From: an uncultured Clostridium sp. | GTDB lineage: Bacteria > Bacillota > Clostridia > TANB77 > CAG-508 | NCBI GenBank assembly: GCA_946496575.1 | Contig: CAMMHE010000005.1 | Location: 1-56,609 of the forward strand | DNA: 56,609 nt | Reading direction: 5' to 3' | Shown here: one piece after another, positions 36,661 through 44,802 of the stretch | How the letters are laid out: each line of letters opens with the position of its first letter | How positions within the stretch are numbered: the first letter of the stretch is position 1 | Program-made: the position numbers and the translations under genes | Notes under the pieces: model-generated | Seen by the model: only the letters and a program-made list of their open reading frames with translations | What the model was told of the DNA's origin: nothing | Databases searched by the model: none

Positions 36661-36694
36661 AAAAGGTTATCCTAATAAAGGGTGACCTTTTTTA
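36661..36694 (+). terminator. rho-independent terminator of the Tad-like operon
   Basis: AAAAGGTTATCC-TAATAAA-GGGTGACCTTTT (two G-U pairs) followed by TTTT; ends 2 nt before the spoIVB ATG. Confidence 0.7.
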
Positions 36695-36695
36695 T

Positions 36696-37919
36696 ATGAA
36701 AAAATTATTAAAATTAGCTGTGATAATTCCGATTTTAATAGTATTATATATATATACATTAGTAATTACAAATTTACCAGATTCATTAATAGTATTTGAA
36801 GGCGAAAACATAAAATTAAATACAATATATGGTATAAATATAGATATCAAAGATGAACAATATGAGGCAATGTTTACATCAAGTAATATAGGCGAAGCAG
36901 CATTTAATAAACAAGGACAAACAACTCTAACAGCAAGTTTATTTAATTTTAATATTAAAGATATAGAAGTAAATGTAATAGATAAAGCAAAAGTAATACC
37001 AATAGGAGAAATAGCTGGAATAAAATTATATACAAAAGGGGTTTTAGTAGTTGGAATGGCAGAAATCGAAGGAAAAAAACCTTATTATGGAACTGAAATT
37101 AAGGAAGGAGATATAATAACAAATATAGATGATAATGAAATACAATGTACAGCAGATTTAGTAGAAAGTATAAATGAATCAAAAGGGGAAGAATTAGATA
37201 TCACATATATAAATAATGGAGAAACAAAAGAATGTAATATAACACCAGTAAAGACAGAAGAAGGAGAATATAAAATAGGATTATGGGTAAGAGATAGTGC
37301 AGCAGGAATAGGAACAATTACATTTTATGAACCAGAAAGTGGGAATTTTGTAGCATTAGGGCATGGAATAACAGATGTTGATACAAGTGAATTAATAAAT
37401 ATATCAAGTGGAGAATTAGTTACAACAAAAATATTATCTATAATAAAAGGAAAAAATGGCACACCAGGCAAAATACAAGGAACTATAGATAATCAAAAAA
37501 ATATTGGAACAATATATAAAAATACATCTTTAGGAATATATGGAAAAATAAATAAATCATCAAATTTATTGTTAGATTATTCAAAATCTATGGAAGTAGC
37601 AATGAGAGATGAAATAAAATTAGGTAAAGCTAGTATATTATGCAGTGTAGAAGATAGCGGTAAGATTGAAGAATATGAAATAGAAATTGTAAGAAAATTT
37701 TTAAATAATAATTATGATAATAAAAGCATGCTAATAAAAGTAACAGATGAGAGATTAATAGAAAAAACAGGAGGAATAGTACAAGGGATGAGTGGATCTC
37801 CAATAATTCAAGATGGAAAATTTATTGGTGCAGTTACACATGTTATTGTAAGCAACCCAAAAGAGGGATATGCTGTTTTTGGAGATATGATGATAAAACA
37901 AATGAGGAGTGTAGAATAA
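36696..37919 (+). CDS. spoIVB: SpoIVB peptidase (S55 signalling serine protease)
   Basis: 407 aa: N-terminal TM, PDZ region, GIGTITFYEP..G.F.ALGHGI and GMSGSPIIQDGKFIGAVTHV catalytic serine block. Confidence 0.9.
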   Translation: MKKLLKLAVIIPILIVLYIYTLVITNLPDSLIVFEGENIKLNTIYGINIDIKDEQYEAMFTSSNIGEAAFNKQGQTTLTASLFNFNIKDIEVNVIDKAKVIPIGEIAGIKLYTKGVLVVGMAEIEGKKPYYGTEIKEGDIITNIDDNEIQCTADLVESINESKGEELDITYINNGETKECNITPVKTEEGEYKIGLWVRDSAAGIGTITFYEPESGNFVALGHGITDVDTSELINISSGELVTTKILSIIKGKNGTPGKIQGTIDNQKNIGTIYKNTSLGIYGKINKSSNLLLDYSKSMEVAMRDEIKLGKASILCSVEDSGKIEEYEIEIVRKFLNNNYDNKSMLIKVTDERLIEKTGGIVQGMSGSPIIQDGKFIGAVTHVIVSNPKEGYAVFGDMMIKQMRSVE

Positions 37920-37924
37920 AATAA

Positions 37925-37961
37925 TTACAGTGAAAGTGCATTATTGCACAATTCACTGTAA
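37925..37961. terminator. bidirectional hairpin between convergent spoIVB and murC
   Basis: TTACAGTGAA-AGTGCA-TTAT-TGCACA-ATTCACTGTAA. Confidence 0.65.
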
Positions 37962-37976
37962 ATTACTGGATAATAA

Positions 37977-39356
37977 TTATTTAATTAACATATTACTTAT
38001 TTCTTCAACTGTTCCAGCACCTAAAGTTAACACAATATCTTCAGGCTCTACGTGATTTTTTATATAATTTACACATTCATAAAAATCTGGAATATATAAA
38101 GCATTTTTTCCAAAATCATTGATTTTTTTAACTAGATCTTCAGAAGTTACATTATAAGTATTGTATTCTCTAGCTGCATAAACATCAACAATAATTATAT
38201 TATCAAAATTCAATAAAGCTTTAGCAAAATCGGTTAACAAATTTTTGGTTCTACTATATGTATGTGGTTGGAATATAACCCAAGATTTATTATATTTTTT
38301 TGACATCAGTGCCTTTGATGTTGCAATAATTTCAGTAGGATGGTGTCCATAGTCATCGTAAATACTTGCACCATTAATATTTCCTTTAAATTCAAAACGC
38401 CTACGAGCACCTTTAAACTTTTCAAGACCAGATTTTATATTTTCAACAGAAATATTATACTCATTGCATAAAGCAATGCAAGCTAAACTATTTAAAACAT
38501 TATGCATTCCTGGAACAGAAAGCTTAAATCTACCAAATAGTACATCTTTATGGTAAACATCAAATTCTGGAAAACCATTATCGTCAAATGAAATATTAAC
38601 AGCAAAAAAGTCAGTATTTTTATTTGAAATTCCATAAGTAATATATTTTGATTTGGTATATTTAACTAAATTAAGACAATTTGTATCATCTCCATTAATA
38701 ACAAGTAAACCATCATATGGAATTAATTTTACATATTTGATAAAAGCCTTTTTAATATTATCAAAATTTTTAAAATAATCTAGATGATCATTATCTATAT
38801 TTAGAACAACTTCAGATTTTGGACTAAATTTTAAAAAACTTTCAACATATTCACATGCCTCTATTATAAAATAATCACTATTTCCAATTAAATAATTCCC
38901 ATTTATTTCAGGAAGAATTGCACCAACTTGAATAGTTGGATCTTTTAAAGCTTCTAAAAAACATAAAGAAACCATAGAAGTAGTTGTAGTTTTTCCATGT
39001 GTGCCAGAAATAGCAATTGTGTTATTAAAACAACGAGTAAGTTCACCTAAAAAATCAGCTCTTTCTATTGTAGGGATACCTAGCTTTTTAGCATGAACAA
39101 GTTCATTATTATCTTTACTAATAGCAGCTGTATATACTACAACATCAGCACCTTCCACATTATGAGGATCATGGCCAATTTTAACAGGAATACCAGAATC
39201 TATTAGTTTTTGAATATTATCATTATTGCAATTATTACTTCCAGATACTTCAAAACCCCAGTTTTTAAGAATTTCAGCTATACCGCTCATACTGACTCCG
39301 CCTATTCCAATCATATGTATTTTTTTATATTTTTTTATTCTATCTATATTAGGCAT
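37977..39356 (-). CDS. murC: UDP-N-acetylmuramate--L-alanine ligase
   Basis: 459 aa, IHMIGIGGVSMSGIAEIL, ISGTHGKTTTTSM, Mur ligase middle and C-terminal domains. Confidence 0.95.
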   Translation of the reverse strand: MPNIDRIKKYKKIHMIGIGGVSMSGIAEILKNWGFEVSGSNNCNNDNIQKLIDSGIPVKIGHDPHNVEGADVVVYTAAISKDNNELVHAKKLGIPTIERADFLGELTRCFNNTIAISGTHGKTTTTSMVSLCFLEALKDPTIQVGAILPEINGNYLIGNSDYFIIEACEYVESFLKFSPKSEVVLNIDNDHLDYFKNFDNIKKAFIKYVKLIPYDGLLVINGDDTNCLNLVKYTKSKYITYGISNKNTDFFAVNISFDDNGFPEFDVYHKDVLFGRFKLSVPGMHNVLNSLACIALCNEYNISVENIKSGLEKFKGARRRFEFKGNINGASIYDDYGHHPTEIIATSKALMSKKYNKSWVIFQPHTYSRTKNLLTDFAKALLNFDNIIIVDVYAAREYNTYNVTSEDLVKKINDFGKNALYIPDFYECVNYIKNHVEPEDIVLTLGAGTVEEISNMLIK

Positions 39357-39493
39357 TAATTAAACACATCCTTTATATATAATACAAGATTATATAATTA
39401 TAATATAAAAAAAACAATAGATTTGTGTCAAAAATATGAAACAAAATAATATTACAATTATATTACAGTTAGATGACATTTGAATTAAATCTA

Positions 39494-39521
39494 TTGACTT
39501 TTGTCGCAGAAATTGTAAAAT
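39494..39521 (+). promoter_or_regulatory. candidate SigA-type promoter of the type IV pilus operon
   Basis: TTGACT-16 nt-TAAAAT, about 70 nt upstream of pilMN. Confidence 0.45.
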
Positions 39522-39592
39522 ATAATTATGATGATTAGATTTATCTCATATAATGTAGAAAAGCAAACTAAAATAGAAATTGAGGTAGAAAA

Positions 39593-41221
39593 ATGCAAAA
39601 TTGTTTAGGTTTGTATATCGAAGAAAATATAATTAAATATGCAAAAATTTCAAAAGAAAAAGATGATATCAAAATTGATTCTTTTGGAGTTAAATTTTAT
39701 GAAAATATTGATAAAGCCGTAAAACAAATAATAGAAGAAACATTTAGTTATAAAACGCCAATTAGTACTAATTTGATAGGTGAAAATTATAACTTTTTTA
39801 ATATGTTTTCATTATTAAATAAAAAAGATTTACAAAAAGCTATAGAAATAGAATTTGAAACATATTGTTCAGAAAAAGGTCAAAATTCTAATTCATTTGA
39901 GACAAAATATGCAGCAGTAAATAATTTAGAAGATAAAGAAAAAGTCAAAATAATTTTTGTAAGTGACAGCAAAACAAATATAAATAATACAAAACAAGAA
40001 TTTACTGGATATAAACTTGTAAATATGTCACCATTGTCAATGAGTATATCAAATGTTTTAAAACTAGTTCCAAGAGAAAATGCACTTATAATAAATATTG
40101 AAGAAAGTACAACAGTAACAACTATATTAGATCAAAAAATTTATGATGTAGCGAAAATAGAAGAAGGAAGCAAAGAAATTTTAAGTAAGATAAGCAGTAA
40201 AGAAAATTCATATTCAAAAGCATATGAAATATGTAGAAATACAACTATATATACATCAGATTCACAAGAATTTATCCAAGAAGAAAATAATTCATATTTA
40301 GAAGATATAATGCCTACATTATATACTATAGTCGGCAAAGTACAAAAGATATTAAATGAAAGTGTAGAAAAAATAGATAAAATTTATGTAACAGGAACAG
40401 CTGCAAATATAAATAATATTGATTTGTATTTCCAAGAATATCTAGGAGATATTAAATGTGAGATATTAAAACCATACTTTGTAAAAAACTTAAGTAAAGA
40501 TGTTAATATAAAAGACTATATTGAAGTAAATTCAGCAATGGCATTAGCACTTCAAGGTTTAGGAGAAGGAATTGAAGGAATAAACTTCAAAAAGCCGACT
40601 TTATTAGAAAGAATGCCAGAAGTAACAATTTCAAATAAAAAATCTAGTAAGAATAAAGAAAAAAAAGGAATAATGTCAACAAAAATTAATTTAAATGATT
40701 TTACAAATCCAATGACAAAAGGTGAAAAAGCATTAATAAGAAGTGCAGTAGCATTATTATTATTTGTTGTAATATATGCAGGATTTTCAAGAGTTCTTAC
40801 AGGTCAAATGAATGAAATATCAACAAATGTTGACATGAGAACAGCACAAATAAATAGTGAAATAAAAAAAATACAAGCAGATGTTACAACTTTAAATAAA
40901 AGATCGAGTGAATATTCTACTTTGATAACTCAAATGGAATCTGCTGGAAAAAAGATAAGTGACATAAATAAAAGTAAGAATTCAATTCCTAATTTATTAA
41001 ACAAAATAATGTTTACGATACCAGATAAAGTTCAGCTTACTTCAATTACAAATACAACAGGAACACATATAGTAATAGAGGCACAAGCTTCAAACTATGA
41101 CGAATTAGGATATTTCAAAGCTAAAATAAAAACAGATAATATATTAACAAATGTTGTATCTACAAGTGGAATAAAACAAGATGGGATAGTAAAAGTAACA
41201 ATAGAGGGAGATTTACCATGA
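39593..41221 (+). CDS. pilM: fused PilM-PilN type IV pilus assembly protein
   Basis: 542 aa. N-terminal actin-like PilM domain (LGLYIEENIIKYAKISKE...), central TM (ALIRSAVALLLFVVIYAGF), coiled coil and PilN-like C-terminus. Confidence 0.75.
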   Translation: MQNCLGLYIEENIIKYAKISKEKDDIKIDSFGVKFYENIDKAVKQIIEETFSYKTPISTNLIGENYNFFNMFSLLNKKDLQKAIEIEFETYCSEKGQNSNSFETKYAAVNNLEDKEKVKIIFVSDSKTNINNTKQEFTGYKLVNMSPLSMSISNVLKLVPRENALIINIEESTTVTTILDQKIYDVAKIEEGSKEILSKISSKENSYSKAYEICRNTTIYTSDSQEFIQEENNSYLEDIMPTLYTIVGKVQKILNESVEKIDKIYVTGTAANINNIDLYFQEYLGDIKCEILKPYFVKNLSKDVNIKDYIEVNSAMALALQGLGEGIEGINFKKPTLLERMPEVTISNKKSSKNKEKKGIMSTKINLNDFTNPMTKGEKALIRSAVALLLFVVIYAGFSRVLTGQMNEISTNVDMRTAQINSEIKKIQADVTTLNKRSSEYSTLITQMESAGKKISDINKSKNSIPNLLNKIMFTIPDKVQLTSITNTTGTHIVIEAQASNYDELGYFKAKIKTDNILTNVVSTSGIKQDGIVKVTIEGDLP

Positions 41222-41988
41222 GAAAATTATTAATTGGAATTTTAATAATTCTATTGTTGATATTAGCTGGATATATGCTAGTTGATAAAATTTCCATAGG
41301 TTCATTGCAGATATTGGGAATTCAAGAAATAATCAAAAAGAATGAAGAACTTGATAATAAAATAACAAATGCAACAAAGCTAGCAACAGTTACATATCAA
41401 TCAGAATTAAAGACATTAGAAAATGCTAATAAATCACTTCAAGAACAAAAACAAACATATGACAATTATATATTATCAGATGATGGAACTGGAGTAGTAA
41501 GCCAAATTCAATCATATGAAGTAGAATATTTGTGGACAAAAATAGGAAATTATGCTAAACGTGAAGGCGTAGTTCTTAAAATGGATGTAGAGGTTAATAA
41601 TGCTACATTAGGAACCTACAATTTAAATTTTACAGTAACAGGATCATATGTAGGAATAACAGAATTTATATATGATTTGGACAATGATTCATCATTATTA
41701 TTTAAAATAGAATCATTTAAACTAACTCCACAAGATTCTGAAAACAATTTAATTGCTACTTTTACATGTAAAGACATTAGTATAAATATAGATAGTTCAT
41801 TAGTTAATGAAGCTATTCAAGATACATCTAATGAGACAATAACACAAAACAACAATTCTCAAGATGGAAAAAATAACACAAATACGACTAATACTACAAG
41901 TAATAATACTACTAATACTAATAGTATAAATACAACAAATACAAGCACTAATACTAGTACGAATACTAATACGAACACAAAAAATTAA
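41218..41988 (+). CDS. PilO-like assembly protein with Thr/Asn-rich tail
   Basis: 256 aa, TM + coiled coil + YNLNFTVTGSYVGITEFIYDLDND..LFKIESFKLTP (PilO-like); ATGA overlap with pilMN. Confidence 0.6.
   Translation: MRKLLIGILIILLLILAGYMLVDKISIGSLQILGIQEIIKKNEELDNKITNATKLATVTYQSELKTLENANKSLQEQKQTYDNYILSDDGTGVVSQIQSYEVEYLWTKIGNYAKREGVVLKMDVEVNNATLGTYNLNFTVTGSYVGITEFIYDLDNDSSLLFKIESFKLTPQDSENNLIATFTCKDISINIDSSLVNEAIQDTSNETITQNNNSQDGKNNTNTTNTTSNNTTNTNSINTTNTSTNTSTNTNTNTKN
41872..41982 (+). repeat. imperfect (AAT-ACN)n coding microsatellite-like tract
   Basis: Encodes NNTNTTNTTSNNTTNTNSINTTNTSTNTSTNTNTNT at the PilO-like C-terminus. Confidence 0.7.
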
Positions 41989-42026
41989 CATTATTTGATA
42001 TAATGAAAATTAAAAGGAGGATAGAT

Positions 42027-42437
42027 ATGGCAAAATCAATTATAAAAGAAACAATAATAATGTTATTAGTATGTTTAGCAATACTGTTAATACTTTGTGT
42101 ATTATTATATGAATTCATACCATCAAATAAAGTATTACCTTCTGAAGTATCATATCAACCTTCAGAAGAAATTCAAAAAGAATTAGAATCAGCAATAAGT
42201 GGAGAAACCACAAAAGTTGTGTTAAGCTATGAAGTAACATCAAATGATTTAAATAATTACGAAAAATCAAATGACTATAATCCAGGAAAAGTAAATCCAT
42301 TTTCTACATATATAGAAGAACCAGAAGAAAATTTGGGAAATGAAAACAATTCAAATTCAGAAACAAATTCAAATACTAATAGTAACTCGGACAGTCAAAA
42401 TAGTGGAACTTACTACCCAAATGGTGGTGGTAAATAA
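42027..42437 (+). CDS. membrane-anchored pilus-operon protein of unknown function
   Basis: ATG 42027 after AAAAGGAGG (ORF opens at 42003). TM IIMLLVCLAILLILCVLLY; Asn/Ser-rich tail. Confidence 0.55.
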   Translation: MAKSIIKETIIMLLVCLAILLILCVLLYEFIPSNKVLPSEVSYQPSEEIQKELESAISGETTKVVLSYEVTSNDLNNYEKSNDYNPGKVNPFSTYIEEPEENLGNENNSNSETNSNTNSNSDSQNSGTYYPNGGGK

Positions 42438-42506
42438 TTATCGGTTATATTTAATTAATTAAATATATACAAAAAATTTCTAATGAAGAAGGGGGGGAAA
42501 ATACAA

Positions 42507-42932
42507 ATGAAAAATAATAGAGGTGTAACTTTAGTAGCATTAGTTATAACAATTATTGTTCTATTAATATTAGCAGGTGTTTCGCTAGCAATGTTATCAG
42601 GAGATAATGGAATATTAACAAATGCTCAAAAAGCTAAATCAGATACAGTAAAAGCTAATGTTAGAGATTCTATTAACAATACATATATGGAATTATTAAC
42701 AGAAGCATATGCAAAAACAAAAACATTTGATGCAGATCTTATGAAAGATGTTGCAAACCATTATTGCAATTCTAGTGAAGTAACTGTAGGTGAACCATCA
42801 GGAACTGGATCTTCTGAATCTCCTTTAACTATGACATTAACACCAGTGTCAGGAACAGGTGTTACAGGATCTATAACGCTTAGATATGATGGAAATTTAT
42901 TAACTAGATCAGGAACTTTAACTGATGAATAA
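42507..42932 (+). CDS. pilA: type IV pilin (predicted major subunit), Ala at +5
   Basis: MKNNRG|VTLVALVITIIVLLILAGVSLAML: class III signal with Gly-1. G7 Shine-Dalgarno 42491-42497; an upstream in-frame ATG at 42483 lacks an RBS. Confidence 0.8.
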   Translation: MKNNRGVTLVALVITIIVLLILAGVSLAMLSGDNGILTNAQKAKSDTVKANVRDSINNTYMELLTEAYAKTKTFDADLMKDVANHYCNSSEVTVGEPSGTGSSESPLTMTLTPVSGTGVTGSITLRYDGNLLTRSGTLTDE

Positions 42933-42946
42933 TAATTAATGATACA

Positions 42947-42992
42947 GGGCATATACGAAATATGTATATGCCCATAGTACTATAAGTACTAT
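42947..42992 (+). terminator. two tandem hairpins after pilA (partial terminator or mRNA stabiliser)
   Basis: GGGCATATAC-GAAATAT-GTATATGCCC (42947-42973) and ATAGTACT-ATA-AGTACTAT (42974-42992); no U-tract. Confidence 0.5.
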
Positions 42993-43014
42993 CAAAAATA
43001 AGGTAGGATTAGTA

Positions 43015-43818
43015 ATGAATATATATTTTTATATAATAATATTTATAATAGGAACCCTATTTGGAAGTTTTTATACATTAGCAGTATACAGAATACCAAA
43101 AGGACAAGATATAACACATAAACACTCATATTGTCCTAATTGTGGTAACAAATTAGGATTTTTTGAATTGATACCTATATTAAGTTATATATTTTTGGGA
43201 GGAAAATGTAAACATTGCAAAACAAAAATAAGAGCCAGATATATTATTCTAGAAATTTTGTCAGGATTTCTTTTTGTGGCATTTGCATATACACTAAAAT
43301 TAGATATAAATAACTTAAATATAATGGATTTAATATCATTTATATTTATTATACTTTATTTAACTTGTATAATATTAATTGCAGGAATTGATAAAGAAAA
43401 TAGAAATATACAAAAATCATTACTAGCTTATGGAATTATAATATCACTTATATATATAGTGTATCTATGTATAATAGAAAAGGCTAGTATGTATAGATAT
43501 GCGATATACTTAATAGCAATAATACTATTATTATTACTAGACATATTAAAAATAAAAAAGCAAGCTAAAGTAAGTTATGCAATTAGTTTATTAACATTAT
43601 TACTTATAATGTTAATATTTACAGGAGAAATTACTTGTATATTAACCATTGGTTCAACATTATTAACAATAGCATTATATCTTTTAATAAATAAAATAAA
43701 TAATGCAAAATCTAAAAACAAAACAACTGCAAATTATAATTCTAATATGAAGATAGGATTTATTATGAGTTCTCTAAATATAATATTATTTTTAATCATA
43801 TTAAGTATATGCAAATAA
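43015..43818 (+). CDS. pilD: prepilin peptidase (A24 family)-like protein
   Basis: 267 aa polytopic. N-terminal CPNCG...CKHCK zinc-ribbon box and LIPILSY typical of PilD; first Asp candidate in IAGIDKEN; no clear GxGD[VIF]KL. Confidence 0.7.
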   Translation: MNIYFYIIIFIIGTLFGSFYTLAVYRIPKGQDITHKHSYCPNCGNKLGFFELIPILSYIFLGGKCKHCKTKIRARYIILEILSGFLFVAFAYTLKLDINNLNIMDLISFIFIILYLTCIILIAGIDKENRNIQKSLLAYGIIISLIYIVYLCIIEKASMYRYAIYLIAIILLLLLDILKIKKQAKVSYAISLLTLLLIMLIFTGEITCILTIGSTLLTIALYLLINKINNAKSKNKTTANYNSNMKIGFIMSSLNIILFLIILSICK

Positions 43819-43843
43819 TTCTTCAGAAAGGTAAAACATAAAT

Positions 43844-44308
43844 ATGAAAATGAAAAATAATAGTGGAATAACAGGCGTAGACATTACTATTTCAATTATT
43901 ATACTAGTGTTGTTTATTTCTCTAATTACAAATATGTTTTATAATGTAGGAATAACAAGTAAAAAGGTATCAAGAAAATCAGAAGCTACATATTTAGCAA
44001 TCCAAGTAATTGAAGCATTAAAACAGATAGAGTATGATCAATTACCATTAGGAGAAACAGAAGAAAATAAAAACATGACTTTAGATGAGTTAAATCTAAT
44101 TTTAGAAACAGCAGGAAAACAAAAAATAGAGCTACAAAATGGCTATAGTTTAGAAATAAATGTTGAAAATTACAGAAATCAAGAAGGAGATAATACCTTA
44201 TTAGACATTATAAAAGTAGTAACAGCAAAAGTAAATTATACTGAAAGAAAAAAACAACAATCTATAGAATTAAGTACAGCTGTGGTACGAGAAGGGGCAT
44301 TTGAATAA
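43844..44308 (+). CDS. minor pilin-like protein, Asp at +5
   Basis: MKMKNNSG|ITGVDITISIIILVLFISLI. Confidence 0.65.
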   Translation: MKMKNNSGITGVDITISIIILVLFISLITNMFYNVGITSKKVSRKSEATYLAIQVIEALKQIEYDQLPLGETEENKNMTLDELNLILETAGKQKIELQNGYSLEINVENYRNQEGDNTLLDIIKVVTAKVNYTERKKQQSIELSTAVVREGAFE

Positions 44309-44341
44309 AATATTGATATTTTTGCAACTGGCGAGAAAGGA

Positions 44342-44791
44342 ATGGTAAAAATAATGAAACAGGAAAAAGGAATAACCATAACCTCATTAGCAGTATATGT
44401 AGTGGCAATGGTAGTTGTGATAGGGATAATTTCAACAATCAGTACTTATTTTTACAATAATATGGAAGAGTTAAATACAGATAAACATTCTATAGAAACA
44501 TATACAAAGTTCAATATGTATTTTACAGAAGAAATTAATATAAAACAAAATTATGCAATATATTCTAATATAGAAGATTTAAGTTTAGATTATAATTATA
44601 TAATTTTTTCAAAAACAGGAAATCAATATACATTTGAGAATAATTCTATATATAAAAATCAGATAAAAATATGTGATAATATAGCAGATTGCTCATTTAA
44701 CTGGAATGAAACAGATAAACTGGTAACAGTAAAAATACAAACAACTGATAATATAGAATATTTAAATACATATAAGATACAAGAGTTTTAG
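44342..44791 (+). CDS. minor pilin-like protein, Ser at +5
   Basis: M(VKIM)KQEKG|ITITSLAVYVVAMVVVIGII; start could be 44342 or 44354. Confidence 0.6.
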   Translation: MVKIMKQEKGITITSLAVYVVAMVVVIGIISTISTYFYNNMEELNTDKHSIETYTKFNMYFTEEINIKQNYAIYSNIEDLSLDYNYIIFSKTGNQYTFENNSIYKNQIKICDNIADCSFNWNETDKLVTVKIQTTDNIEYLNTYKIQEF

Positions 44792-44802
44792 GAGGAAATA
44801 CT

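Noticed and set aside
41872-41982. Repetitive AAT-ACN tract considered as a CRISPR or other non-coding repeat array
   Set aside because: The units are 6 nt, imperfect, in frame and inside an ORF. This is coding low complexity, not spacer-repeat architecture. No CRISPR-like array was seen anywhere in the window.
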